NCBI GenBank assembly: GCA_963665815.1
Contig: OY762463.1
Span: 1,824,001-1,888,000 of the forward strand
From: Candidatus Cloacimonadales bacterium
Lineage (GTDB): Bacteria; Cloacimonadota; Cloacimonadia; Cloacimonadales; JAIOQZ01
Length of the DNA: 64,000 bases
Reading direction: 5' to 3'
A program made the position numbers and the translations under genes. Positions within the stretch are counted from its first letter, which is position 1. The number at the start of each line of letters is the position of its first letter. Below are positions 29,601 through 39,077 of the stretch, in pieces. The notes beneath the pieces are model-generated. The model did not search any database. It worked only from the letters and a program-made list of their open reading frames with translations, and was not told where the DNA came from.

Positions 29601-29741
29601 CACCGTAACAATCGGTACACTGATATCCGGAGTGAAGTTAATTGGTATTGAAGTAAAAGCCATTGCTCCAAGAATGACTAATACTACAATCATCACCCAC
29701 GTAGTGACTGGGCGATCGATTGCAAACTTGATAAAATCCAT
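26628..29741 (-). CDS. RND efflux permease (AcrB/AcrD/AcrF family)
   Basis: IDRPVTT, YPGAGAEEIE, GTLVTNSVVILENI, GIVVNNAILMLD, LKPIIMAT; ATG 29741 with GGAGA RBS. Confidence 0.95.
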   Translation of the reverse strand: MDFIKFAIDRPVTTWVMIVVLVILGAMAFTSIPINFTPDISVPIVTVQVIYPGAGAEEIETNITQKIEDEVSTISGIDDVESYIMEGFTQVIIRFDLDKDPDVANQEVKDKIDKIINDFPDDAEDPVIGKYDVMGDAVVQLSFVSDMKPTDANQYVEDNLKNKLSIITGVAQVEINGGQNREIKVVLNTQKLKKYSISPLQIVSFLQQNNLSVPGGSIKKSGKEYTVKFDGEIESLEELRTMKIVTPKGERRLEEIATIIDGAEDKTDIGRFHNLLNGKDKGNASVINLDIQKLKEANSVSVAEEVIAEVKKINETLPEGSSLEIARDSSTFVKDSVNDTMSAIYLGILFTALVLYIFLHNVRSTIVVAFSMPIVLIATFLAVKAAGFTLNVMTLMAMSVSVGTLVTNSVVILENIDRYVNMGMSKLEASYKGTKEIAVAVLASTLTNIVVFVPIGTMDGIAGMMFKEFGLTVVFIMGISILVSFTVTPMLASQIIRDKHDIERINKKRKRKIKQMNAFGIWFENKFEKISIRYMNTVGWIIKSWQRRLSIIALSILLLVGVIASLGRKIDSEFFPVTDNGEAKVSIEFPPYYDIEKTSELFEMIENRIKVNKDVEKIIVNIGKLGSSQGVYLGSMNVLMKDDRITPTEQLVDKLSNDLSDIPDAIIKVSKASQFNTGKSAISFDVLGADIEVVKDLTYQVYDIAVQVEGAVNVDTDIRPGKPEIKVIPDRRKISDLNLNAYTIGMTIRANVEGISASKYRVNGEEYDITVSLAEEDIEDINRLKDLVILTSKGPKKLSELAKLEYTTAPTMLYKKSKLLKHSVTADVGNRSLGKIVSDIQAGIDEKIEIPDGYEIQQGGDSEHQNDSQESMKSAFMLAIVLTFLLIVAILESWSQGVFIMFTVPLAMIGVVLGLVVFGVGLNVLSMMAIIMLIGIVVNNAILMLDYANQLNRTGTSVSKAILEASHLKLKPIIMATLAAVLGMMPLALGLGSGAEMRQGVGVVSMSGLLMSAILTLYVIPAFYVQFSKKNKDNTEG

Positions 29742-29752
29742 ATCTTCTCCCA

Positions 29753-29772
29753 TACATACTTGCATGTATTTA
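29753..29772. promoter_or_regulatory. Putative TetR/AcrR operator 2
   Basis: TACATACT-TGCA-TGTATTTA, 2 mismatches to TACATACA-N4-TGTATGTA, just upstream of the RND RBS. Confidence 0.65.
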
Positions 29773-29828
29773 AATTGATTATACAATAAATATATATGCA
29801 GTTATGTTTGTTATTCTCTAAAAATTTA

Positions 29829-30461
29829 TTATACTTTTATGCTGTTAAAACCATTAAAAATCAATTCAATAAAAAAATCTACATCATACTTCAGCTCGCG
29901 TCCTGTAACACATTCACTGTGCCTGTGATCTCCGACCTTTTCCCCTATCATCGCAATGAAATTCAAAACTGAAATAGCCAGTTGTTCTGTATCCACATCA
30001 TTTCTAATTTCCCCGTTTTCCTTTGCTTTGGATATTTCACTACTGATTACTTCAACAATTTCAAATCCTGTATTGTAGATCTCAACTAATAAAGGTTTAA
30101 GCTCTTCTACAACTTTTACAGAAAGAAAGAAACCTTTTACCAATTGATAATACATAGCATCTTCATCAGTTAAATCACAAAACTCTCTGAATATTTCCCT
30201 TATTTTCTCAATAAAGGATCCATCTTTTTGTAATACATTCACAATATGCTGATGAAAACCTTTCAATCCATCCTTTACAAGAGTTCCATACAAATCCATT
30301 TTGTTTTCAAAATGCCAATATATAGCTCCTCTTGTTGTTCCTGCTTCCATCGCAATTTCTGACAACTTCGTTGCTGAAAAACCCTGACGGATAAAAACTC
30401 GCATAGCGGCTTCTAAAACCTGCTTTCTTGTTTGTTCGGCATCTTCTTTTGTTCTTCTCAT
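29829..30461 (-). CDS. TetR/AcrR family transcriptional regulator
   Basis: MRRTKEDAEQTR..., IAMEAGTTRGAIYWHFENK (AcrR-like HTH). Confidence 0.95.
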   Translation of the reverse strand: MRRTKEDAEQTRKQVLEAAMRVFIRQGFSATKLSEIAMEAGTTRGAIYWHFENKMDLYGTLVKDGLKGFHQHIVNVLQKDGSFIEKIREIFREFCDLTDEDAMYYQLVKGFFLSVKVVEELKPLLVEIYNTGFEIVEVISSEISKAKENGEIRNDVDTEQLAISVLNFIAMIGEKVGDHRHSECVTGRELKYDVDFFIELIFNGFNSIKV

Positions 30462-30477
30462 ATTATATATCCTTATT

Positions 30478-30497
30478 TACAAACAAACATGTATGTA
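30478..30497. promoter_or_regulatory. Putative TetR/AcrR operator 1 (autoregulatory)
   Basis: TACAAACA-AACA-TGTATGTA, 1 mismatch to the palindrome, downstream of a minus-strand TTGACA at 30508-30513. Confidence 0.7.
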
Positions 30498-30561
30498 TAA
30501 AAAATATTGTCAAGAGATTTTCTGAAATTTCGAATTGAGTTAACTGAGCCCTAAATAAAAC

Positions 30562-30590
30562 TTGACTTCAATAATTGTACAAGTTATAAT
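30562..30590 (+). promoter_or_regulatory. Putative sigma-70 promoter
   Basis: TTGACT-17 bp-TATAAT upstream of the rhodanese gene. Confidence 0.65.
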
Positions 30591-30627
30591 GATCAAACAA
30601 GTTAAAATGGAGTATCAATAAATAATT

Positions 30628-31044
30628 ATGATTAAGAAAATATCAAAAAAAATAGTATCAGTAATATGTTTGTTCCTCGGATTATCTTCCTGTCAGGCAA
30701 ATAGTGATCCCGGGCTTTTGAGTGTTGGAGTTGATGATTTCGAATCTAAAATTACTCAGTTCAAGAATACAAAGAAAGAGTATGTGATTATAGATATTAG
30801 AACCAAACCTGAATATGATTCCGGGCACATTGAGAATGCTGTTATGATTGATTTTTACAGTAAGAATTTCTATGAGGAAATCTCGAAATTGGATAAATCT
30901 AAAACTTATTTTGTTTATTGTAGAAGTGGAAACAGATCCGGAAAATCCTTGAAACAGTTTAAAAATGCAGGATTTACTCAAGTCTATGATTTGAAAGGCG
31001 GTATTAACGCCTGGAAAGCTAAAGGCAATAAAACTGTAAAATGA
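30628..31044 (+). CDS. Rhodanese-domain lipoprotein
   Basis: LSSC lipobox; IIDIRT..EY..GHIENA, VYCRSGNRS, LKGGINAW. Confidence 0.92.
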   Translation: MIKKISKKIVSVICLFLGLSSCQANSDPGLLSVGVDDFESKITQFKNTKKEYVIIDIRTKPEYDSGHIENAVMIDFYSKNFYEEISKLDKSKTYFVYCRSGNRSGKSLKQFKNAGFTQVYDLKGGINAWKAKGNKTVK

Positions 31045-31054
31045 TATTGAAGAG

Positions 31055-33073
31055 TTAGATTAATCCCCATCTCTTTCTCAAATATAGTTCAAGACAGAAA
31101 GCAGATAAAAATGTAAGAAGAAAATACAAGTTATTATATAGACTTATTTCCTTTATTTCTTTGTTTGAAATTGAGAAAGAATCTGTCAGTTTCATATCAG
31201 CAGGATTACTGAATACACTTCCTCCAGTGATGTTTGCCAGATATTTAAGCAGATTAGAATTTACTCCACTATCCATCGCTTCAGAAGACACATCTGCAAC
31301 AACTATCTTACCGGATTTCTCTCTCTTTGATTTCTGATCAACAACCCTGTAACTATATTCTCCTGCCATATCCAGGTCTGCAATGTACTCAAATTCTCCA
31401 TTAGCTGATGTCCTGAAAAAATCTCTTGCTGTTAATTTACCATCCTTACTGAGAAAAATCTCTGCACTGACATCATTTACTTTCTCCATACTTTCATTAT
31501 ATGCAGTAAGAGTTATCCTTGCATTATCTCCCTTAAAGTAAACATCCTTGTCCATATCAATGTTAATCAAATCATTTTCATTTAATCCGGTCCATTTGAT
31601 ACAGCCAATGATAAACTCCTTGTATCCATCCGGATCGTCACTATGCATACTCCATTTCCAGATATCCTGTACAGCAAACTGAATAATGCGACTTCCTGAA
31701 TATGATCCTGAGATAATAGCCGGAGAGTTTTCACCATCATCAAAAACCGCAAGAGCCTTTTTAGCTGCATCAGGCTTCAAATGGATTTTTTTAAATGGAG
31801 GTAACTGGTTCTGAATAGTCTCGAGAGCATCAAATATCCTAATTTTCCTACCTGATCTGCTGACTTTAATCTGATCCGAAAGGTTATCAGGGAATCCATC
31901 ATATTCTTGAGTAAGAATTTCGTTTAAACCGCAATCAGGATCTCCAATGAAGATTAATCCCTTATTCCTTTTCAGGAAAGTAATTATTTTCCTGCTGTTC
32001 TCAGCAGAGATCTTCATTTTTCCATGGTTTACAATAATTAGTGTACTAATATTATCAATAAGTTCATTATCAAGAGTTATCCGACTATTTCCTGAATAAA
32101 AGTTGCCCGATTTGCTCAATAGAAACCTGAAATCCAGATGTTCATCCGTTAAAACAGCATTCTTAATAAAACGAAGATCATTATCAGGATAATCAGCCAG
32201 GCACAAAATTGTTTTTTTGCTATCCAGAATGTTTATTGACGCATATTTCCTGTTATTATCCGGATTTACATCTCTCAGAGTATCAGAAATATTCTCACCG
32301 AAAGCAACCATGGCTGATATTTTATGTTTACCTTTTCTCAATCCGCCAATATTTATCTCATGAGTAAAATCTGTAGATAAAAATTTGTACTTCTTCGTTA
32401 CTTTACTAGAACCATCAATAAATATTTCTATGTTATATGGTCCCTCATACTCATTCAATCTTCCGGATATACTGATTATCTGATCTTCATTCTCAAAACC
32501 TTTTTTGTTTGAGATAACTGATGTAAGGCTCAGATCATTTACGTCAGTTTTGATTTCAGGGATACACACCGAAACAGGGATATTCAATTTCTCGATACTT
32601 GAAAAATCATTATCGTGAAACCAGCCGTCTGAAACCAATACAATTTCCTGAATAAGTTCATGATTGTATATCTTCAATAGCTTCCGAACGGAAGAGATTA
32701 ATTTCGAATCTGTCGTTCTGATAGAATCGTTATGATTTCTAAGATTTTCTGCAAAATCAAATGTCTGAGTTTTTTTGCTGAATTGTTTATTCAGAGCATC
32801 AGAGAAATCCTTGAAAACAGCCTTTTTAGAACCATTTGCAAGAGTCTCATTCATACTGTCTGACACATCATTCAGAACAATCACTTTGCTTCCTGACGTG
32901 GATGTATTTTCCAGAGTCAGAACAGGATTGAATAAAAGAATAAACACAAAACTGATTGCTATTGCACGCAATGCAGCCAGAAGAATTCTTCTCTTGAAAT
33001 CAAGTTCCGGCTTTGTCCTTCTGTAGTATATATATGATATTACAATACTTAATAATATTACAAAGATTACCAT
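31055..33073 (-). CDS. Membrane-anchored vWA-like domain protein
   Basis: N-terminal TMs (LLAALR..LLFNP), LNDVSDSM MIDAS-like, LVSDG, C-terminal TM with LRKRWGL. Confidence 0.75.
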   Translation of the reverse strand: MVIFVILLSIVISYIYYRRTKPELDFKRRILLAALRAIAISFVFILLFNPVLTLENTSTSGSKVIVLNDVSDSMNETLANGSKKAVFKDFSDALNKQFSKKTQTFDFAENLRNHNDSIRTTDSKLISSVRKLLKIYNHELIQEIVLVSDGWFHDNDFSSIEKLNIPVSVCIPEIKTDVNDLSLTSVISNKKGFENEDQIISISGRLNEYEGPYNIEIFIDGSSKVTKKYKFLSTDFTHEINIGGLRKGKHKISAMVAFGENISDTLRDVNPDNNRKYASINILDSKKTILCLADYPDNDLRFIKNAVLTDEHLDFRFLLSKSGNFYSGNSRITLDNELIDNISTLIIVNHGKMKISAENSRKIITFLKRNKGLIFIGDPDCGLNEILTQEYDGFPDNLSDQIKVSRSGRKIRIFDALETIQNQLPPFKKIHLKPDAAKKALAVFDDGENSPAIISGSYSGSRIIQFAVQDIWKWSMHSDDPDGYKEFIIGCIKWTGLNENDLINIDMDKDVYFKGDNARITLTAYNESMEKVNDVSAEIFLSKDGKLTARDFFRTSANGEFEYIADLDMAGEYSYRVVDQKSKREKSGKIVVADVSSEAMDSGVNSNLLKYLANITGGSVFSNPADMKLTDSFSISNKEIKEISLYNNLYFLLTFLSAFCLELYLRKRWGLI

Positions 33074-34353
33074 TAAAATAACAGTCTAAGACTTAATGCA
33101 GTCTCTACTCCTTTTGAATAATTACCTGGGAAAAGAAAATCATAAGATGTAACAGAGAAATCAATTTCTAATCTGTTACTTCTGTATCCTGAAGAATATG
33201 TGAAAGCATAAGCCGTTGTTTCATCTCCATTACTAAGCCCTAATCTTAATGGTACTCTATCCTTAACTATGTATTCACCTGCTATTGAAATTTGAGGTTT
33301 TGCACAAGTTGATACCGTTGTTTTTGTGCTTTGTTTCCAGTCAAAGGATACGTTAGAGCTTTCATTTATTTTATATAGACTTCCAAATTTAAACACTAAT
33401 GGAAGAGTTGTTGTCCAGCCTTCGGAATCCTCAGTAACATTATCACTTTCTATTACATCATCATCGAGTTCCTCAATATAAACACTGTCTGCATTGGCAG
33501 TAATGTAATTTCTTTCTGCACTTCCACTCCAGTTGATGAATCCAAATACATTATCAAAGGCAAGCCCAACTGATAAGTTGTCCATGATATCATCCGATGA
33601 AAAGCCTATTGAACTTTTAAGACCAAAACCACCAGCAGCTTTATCGAGCTCAATATTCTGATCAAGATGAAGTCCACCATCTCCGGCAATCAACTCAGCA
33701 TCGAACTTATGTGTCCTCATACTCATTAAACCGATCAATGCACTAACTGATACTCCAACCTTAACTTCCGGAATTTTGTAGTTACTTTCAGGGTTCTCAA
33801 TGAAAGGTAATACGTTTTTAAGGTAAAGACCGGAGTAAGCATATGTGACATCCGTATAACCAAGCACAGATACTCCATTTTCACTTTTATCAAAAGTATA
33901 TACTCTATTGTATTCATTTCCATTCAATAACAAATCAAAATATTTTTTCGAAAACTTCCCTTTGGCATAAAAGTTCGTACCAATGGAAAAACCATGGTTT
34001 CTTGATGAAGTGGCAAAAAGTAGTGTTGATATCTTAAACTTAAGTTTTACTGCATCTTCAAGCTCACCCAGAATATCTTTTTTATCGCTTTCTGTCAGAT
34101 ATTTGCCGACGTTATCATTGTACAAGTTAATAGAAAAAGAGTTGTTGAGTATTCCTCCACTGAAGCACATAAAGCTGTAATCCCGATTAAAATCCCTGTC
34201 ATTGGCAAGATTAGCCGGATTCCAGTATATTGCATTCACTCCATTTGCTCTCTGAAGAAAGCTCTCTCCGTACATTGCAGAAGCAGGTACATCTGTAGCA
34301 GATATAAGACTGACAATTGATAAAAGTGCTGTAAAAATTAGTAATTTTCTCAT
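33073..34353 (-). CDS. Outer-membrane beta-barrel protein (FadL/PorV/DUF5723-like)
   Basis: Signal peptide, AIYWNPANL motif, alternating beta strands, terminal Phe; ATG 34353 with GAGG RBS. Confidence 0.7.
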   Translation of the reverse strand: MRKLLIFTALLSIVSLISATDVPASAMYGESFLQRANGVNAIYWNPANLANDRDFNRDYSFMCFSGGILNNSFSINLYNDNVGKYLTESDKKDILGELEDAVKLKFKISTLLFATSSRNHGFSIGTNFYAKGKFSKKYFDLLLNGNEYNRVYTFDKSENGVSVLGYTDVTYAYSGLYLKNVLPFIENPESNYKIPEVKVGVSVSALIGLMSMRTHKFDAELIAGDGGLHLDQNIELDKAAGGFGLKSSIGFSSDDIMDNLSVGLAFDNVFGFINWSGSAERNYITANADSVYIEELDDDVIESDNVTEDSEGWTTTLPLVFKFGSLYKINESSNVSFDWKQSTKTTVSTCAKPQISIAGEYIVKDRVPLRLGLSNGDETTAYAFTYSSGYRSNRLEIDFSVTSYDFLFPGNYSKGVETALSLRLLF

Positions 34354-34360
34354 CAATACC

Positions 34361-35896
34361 TCACTGCTTAATATGTAGTTTTGCATCAAGATGCACTTTT
34401 ACGTTTATGTTATCATCAGGATTTATTATCACTTCTCCATCCGTACTCTTCATGTGAAGTCTCAAACCTATAAATATCTCATCATTCAGGAAGGTGTTTC
34501 TTATTTCATCATTATCCAAAAAAATAAATAATGAATCTGTAGACATTGCATTCACATGTGTATTCTCTAAAGGTCCGGGAATCTTAAGAATCGGATTATG
34601 GAAAATCTCAGTTGTATCATTAATACCGGAAAAATACAAACTTACTCCGGCACTGACAGGAAATGAATTATCAAGAATGATAGAAACTCCACCGCTCTTA
34701 ACATATTCCTCTATATCGGCTCTGTTATCTTGTGAAATGGTTTGCGAAAATGTTGTATCAGGTGTAATGGTATTTTCCAATAATGTAAAAATGAAAGGGG
34801 CTTCACCTGTAAAGCTACCTGAAACTCCGCATCCTGCTCTTGCAAAACCATTTATTCCCTCATCTCCCCCAATAACATAACTGGCTTCAGTAAGCTCAAA
34901 TCTATCCGGGAAGATATTTGCAAGATAACCAACCGAATCAGTTAAAGCTATAGTCGATTCACTTGGATGTTCAAAACTGGACGCAGCATCAAAAACTACA
35001 TCATCAGCATCAGTAATTCTTATAAATCGAGTTCTCCCAGTTTCAGTATTAATTGCTGTTAATTTCCCTCGAAACTTAACTTGAAATCCCAGCTCATTAA
35101 CAGTATGAATAAATAATTTTGCACCATCAGGAGCAATTCTGACAGTATTCTCAATATTGTCAGGATAGTTAATATCATTATCCTTCGCATAATCATCAAT
35201 ATTGAAAACCTGATTATAGAAAGTTCCTTTCATTTCTTCAAAATATATATCTTCATCAAACGACAGTCTTATCATATCACCAATAACAGGAGTATCATAA
35301 GAGGATGTCATAATAACACTCAAAGAATCGAGTAATCCTGTGTTATTGATGTCTCCAATAGTATAGTATTCATTCGGAGAAACATATGATAAATCAATTT
35401 CGCTATGTCCAAAATTCTGAGATGTATATGTCTTTTCCAGTACATTACCGTCCTGATCTTTTACTTCTGGAAATTGCAGAACAACAGTCTGAAGATTTCC
35501 GGTATTATGCTGAATATCAACATCCAGAGTCCATTGAGAGATAAGTCCGTATGAAACCCTTAAATAGCTGGTTGAAGATTCTTCAAGTATGTTTAAAGCT
35601 CCCTTCAATGTTGTATCCGGAATAATTGTAACGTAAGGATAAGAATTGATATTATTAGCCTTAATATGTATCGAGTCATCAATGGATTCACTTCTCAGAT
35701 CCCCCTCGTATTGCACAAATAGAGAATCGTTTCTAATAACAAAGTCTGTTGAGTCTTCAATCTCATGCATATAATATGTCTTGTTCAGTAAGGGCAAATC
35801 AAAGTTAACATCCCATTCTGGTGCCTCGAACTCTTTAACGCAGCCGCAAAGGATTGTTAAAATCAAAATAATACCCGCAATACAGATATTCTTCAT
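34361..35896 (-). CDS. Hypothetical acidic beta-rich lipoprotein
   Basis: LCGC lipobox then P.WDVNFDLPL. Confidence 0.75.
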   Translation of the reverse strand: MKNICIAGIILILTILCGCVKEFEAPEWDVNFDLPLLNKTYYMHEIEDSTDFVIRNDSLFVQYEGDLRSESIDDSIHIKANNINSYPYVTIIPDTTLKGALNILEESSTSYLRVSYGLISQWTLDVDIQHNTGNLQTVVLQFPEVKDQDGNVLEKTYTSQNFGHSEIDLSYVSPNEYYTIGDINNTGLLDSLSVIMTSSYDTPVIGDMIRLSFDEDIYFEEMKGTFYNQVFNIDDYAKDNDINYPDNIENTVRIAPDGAKLFIHTVNELGFQVKFRGKLTAINTETGRTRFIRITDADDVVFDAASSFEHPSESTIALTDSVGYLANIFPDRFELTEASYVIGGDEGINGFARAGCGVSGSFTGEAPFIFTLLENTITPDTTFSQTISQDNRADIEEYVKSGGVSIILDNSFPVSAGVSLYFSGINDTTEIFHNPILKIPGPLENTHVNAMSTDSLFIFLDNDEIRNTFLNDEIFIGLRLHMKSTDGEVIINPDDNINVKVHLDAKLHIKQ

Positions 35897-35906
35897 TTAA
35901 CCTCCA

Positions 35907-36908
35907 TTAGAAATAAATATTCGTTATTTCCTCTGAGATATTAATATGCCTTTTATCAATAATCTTGTCAATAATAATAGGAATTTTCTGAATATTCAAT
36001 GTCGTTTTCAATTTCTTAAGATACTTCTGTTTGAATCCCTTAAGCAAAGAAACATCTTTGGGGGATATATGAAGTGTCTTCCCCTTCTCGTACAACATCA
36101 CAACTTTCTCAACATACAATTCAGCCTGTACAAGTTCTCCAAATGCAGGATGATATGGTCCTGCTATGACATTGTCGGCATTGACTAACACATCTGAATG
36201 CAAGCCCACCTTAATGACATTAGTTCTATTTTTCTCAGATTCTTTAAAGAGAACAGCCGAATATCTGAGAGCATCATCCATAGATATTGGAGAATATAAA
36301 CCTTTTTCATACATTGTACAGAGCTCTGTATTTTTCAGTACAATTACAGGATATATCCTTATATAGTCGGGTTTCACTTCTTTGAGAATTCGAAGAGTCT
36401 CTGCAAATGTTTCTCCGGAGAAACCGGGAAGTCCTGGCATAAGCTGTACACACAGACGAAATCCACTCTCCTTAACTAAACGACATGCATTTATAGCTGT
36501 TTGTGAACTGTAACCACGTTTTGTACTCCTGAGCTCCTCATCTGAAAAACTCTGTATCCCCAACTCGACAACTCTTGTATTATGTGCTTTGTATAAATCA
36601 ATATCGCTTTTCAGAAAGCTGTCAGGTCTTGTGGAAAATCGTATGAAAGTAGTTATTTCATCAAAAAAGGGAGATTCTGTGACTGATTTCAGCAGTACAT
36701 CCTGTTCTGAGACAGGCAATGAAGTAAATGTTCCACCGAAGAAAGCAACTTCTCTCTCTTTAGAATCATCATTCCGTAGAAATCTATCAATTTCAGGTTT
36801 AAATTGATCAATTGAGAAATCATTCTTTCTTGTAATAATATTCTGATCACAGTATATACACTTGAAAGGGCAACCAGAATGTGGAATGAAAACCGGATAA
36901 ATTCTCAA
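35907..36908 (-). CDS. Radical SAM protein (Elp3/YhcC-like, rnc-associated)
   Basis: FIPHSGCPFKCIYCDQ (CxxxCxxC), AFFGGTFT, STRPD, ELGIQS, GPYHPAFGELV. Confidence 0.9.
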   Translation of the reverse strand: MRIYPVFIPHSGCPFKCIYCDQNIITRKNDFSIDQFKPEIDRFLRNDDSKEREVAFFGGTFTSLPVSEQDVLLKSVTESPFFDEITTFIRFSTRPDSFLKSDIDLYKAHNTRVVELGIQSFSDEELRSTKRGYSSQTAINACRLVKESGFRLCVQLMPGLPGFSGETFAETLRILKEVKPDYIRIYPVIVLKNTELCTMYEKGLYSPISMDDALRYSAVLFKESEKNRTNVIKVGLHSDVLVNADNVIAGPYHPAFGELVQAELYVEKVVMLYEKGKTLHISPKDVSLLKGFKQKYLKKLKTTLNIQKIPIIIDKIIDKRHINISEEITNIYF

Positions 36909-37678
36909 ATTTCAAGACTTGCACAAGCGTCTTTTGCAGCGTTCTGCTCAGCCTGTTTTTTATTGGAACCTTTCCCGAATCCGCATTTTTTACCATTCAC
37001 TGAAACTTCAACACTGAACACTTTCTTATGATCAGGTCCTTCTTCGTTCACAACTGTATACTCAGGTGGTTTCTGATATAAAGACTGTGAATACTCCTGA
37101 AGCTTACTCTTGAAATTTGTTAATGCATCAGTTTTAACGAGAAGCTCAAATCCTTCGAAAATAAACTTCTTGATAAAACGTCTGGCTTTCACCAGATTAG
37201 AATCAAGATAAATAGCACAAATCAAAGATTCCATAGCATCGGATAAGATTGATTTTCTCTGAGCTCCGCCTGATCGTCTTTCCTCTTCGCTCATCAGAAT
37301 AAATTTTCCCAGATCAAGAGTTAAGGCTTTCATAGCCAGAAATTTTTCAGATACTATTTTTGATTTCAGTTTGGATAATGTTCCTTCCGGACTTTCAGGA
37401 AATTTCATGAATAATTCTTCTGCTACAACAAGTCCGAGTATGGAATCTCCGAGGAACTCCATTCTTTCAAAAGCAGAAATGGCTTTTGGATCATTGTTAT
37501 TCTTTCTAAAATAAGAAAGGTGCATAAAAGCTGCACGCAGCAAAGAGATGTTCTCAAAATTGTAATTTATTGCTTTCTGAAATTCTTTTGCGTTTTCAAG
37601 CCAGACAGGATCATCTTCAAGTTTTTGATCCTGTCTGTTTGTTAAATATTCTATTATGCTTTTTAAAATCTTTTTCAA
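36905..37678 (-). CDS. rnc: Ribonuclease III
   Basis: ERMEFLGDSIL, SDAMESLI, C-terminal dsRBD (GPDHKKVF..KKQAEQNAA). Confidence 0.97.
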   Translation of the reverse strand: MKKILKSIIEYLTNRQDQKLEDDPVWLENAKEFQKAINYNFENISLLRAAFMHLSYFRKNNNDPKAISAFERMEFLGDSILGLVVAEELFMKFPESPEGTLSKLKSKIVSEKFLAMKALTLDLGKFILMSEEERRSGGAQRKSILSDAMESLICAIYLDSNLVKARRFIKKFIFEGFELLVKTDALTNFKSKLQEYSQSLYQKPPEYTVVNEEGPDHKKVFSVEVSVNGKKCGFGKGSNKKQAEQNAAKDACASLEI

Positions 37679-37696
37679 AAGCTGAAATACCTTCTT

Positions 37697-38941
37697 TTAG
37701 TTTTCGTATTTTTTAAATACAATAGTACTGTTATGACCACCAAAACCAAGTGAATTACTAATAGCAGTATTCACATTCTGTTTGATAGACACATTTGGAG
37801 TGTAGAACAGATCACAGTCTGGATCAGGTGTTGTATAATTGATAGTAGGATGAATTATACCTTCACAGATTGTCTTACAGCAGACTATAGCCTCGATTGC
37901 TGCAGCTGCTCCAAGAGAGTGACCTACCATTGATTTTGTTGAACTGATTTTTAAGTTATCAGCATGTGCACCAAATACTGTTCTGATTGCCTGAGATTCT
38001 GTTTTATCGTTAAGCGGAGTAGATGTTCCATGAGCATTAACGTAATCTACATCTTCAGGTTTGAGACCGGCATCTTTAAGGGCACCAGCCATAGCTCTTG
38101 CTCCACCTTCTCCATTATCGGCAGGAGCTGTAATATGGAATGCATCACAGGTTGCCATATAGCCTTTAATCTCAGCATAAATTTTCGCTCCACGTTTCAG
38201 AGCATGCTCAAGTTCTTCAATTACAATAACACCTGCACCTTCTCCCATTACGAATCCATCTCTATCCTTGTCGAATGGTCTGGAAGATCCTTTAGGATCA
38301 TCGTTTCTGGTACTGAGTGCTTTCATGTTACTGAAACCGGCTACAGCAAGCGGAGTAATTGCAGCTTCTGCACCACCTGTAACGATCGCATCAGCTTCAC
38401 CATACTGAATTGCCCTGAAAGCAGTTCCAATTGCATGGTTTGCTGAAGTACATGCAGATACAACATTAAAATTAATTGCTTTAAGATTATGTCTGATCGC
38501 AATATGTGCAGGAGCAATATTTGATATCATTTTTGGAATAAAGAAAGGAGAAACTCTTCTCGCTCCCTTCTGATACATTTTGATAGCTTCCTCTTCGAAA
38601 GTCAATTGACCACCAATTCCTGCTCCGAAGATACATCCTGCTCTTTCAGGCTCAAAGTTATCTGCTTCAGTTAATCCTGAGTCTTTTACTGCTTCTTCAG
38701 CAGCTATGATTGCATATTGAGTAAAATTATCGATTTTCTTAGCTTCTCTCTTGTCGAAATAATCTTTTGAATCATAATTTTTTATTTCAGCAGCAAATTT
38801 TACATTATAGTCTTCTGTGTTAAAATGGGTTATATAATCAATTCCGCATTTACCGTTTATAAGTCCGTTCCATGTTTCATCAGCGTTTTTTCCGATGGAA
38901 TTAATAGTTCCAATTCCTGTAACTACAACACGTCTTTTCAT
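37697..38941 (-). CDS. fabF: 3-oxoacyl-ACP synthase II
   Basis: RRVVVTGIG, SACTS, NAHGTST, KSMVGHSLGA, SLGFGGHN. Confidence 0.97.
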   Translation of the reverse strand: MKRRVVVTGIGTINSIGKNADETWNGLINGKCGIDYITHFNTEDYNVKFAAEIKNYDSKDYFDKREAKKIDNFTQYAIIAAEEAVKDSGLTEADNFEPERAGCIFGAGIGGQLTFEEEAIKMYQKGARRVSPFFIPKMISNIAPAHIAIRHNLKAINFNVVSACTSANHAIGTAFRAIQYGEADAIVTGGAEAAITPLAVAGFSNMKALSTRNDDPKGSSRPFDKDRDGFVMGEGAGVIVIEELEHALKRGAKIYAEIKGYMATCDAFHITAPADNGEGGARAMAGALKDAGLKPEDVDYVNAHGTSTPLNDKTESQAIRTVFGAHADNLKISSTKSMVGHSLGAAAAIEAIVCCKTICEGIIHPTINYTTPDPDCDLFYTPNVSIKQNVNTAISNSLGFGGHNSTIVFKKYEN

Positions 38942-39040
38942 ATCATCCTCTTTTTTTAATAGATTCTTACTTCAAAGAAAAAAGCTGTTTGAGATTTGTA
39001 AAAGAAACTTCATTTCTTTTAAAAATATCGAAAAGCATTT

Positions 39041-39068
39041 CCGGTCTCCCCAAATCTGAGAAGACCGG
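39041..39068 (-). terminator. Hairpin after acpP (terminator/stabiliser)
   Basis: Minus strand CCGGTCTTCTCA-GATT-TGGGGAGACCGG. Confidence 0.55.
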
Positions 39069-39077
39069 TTTTTTAAA

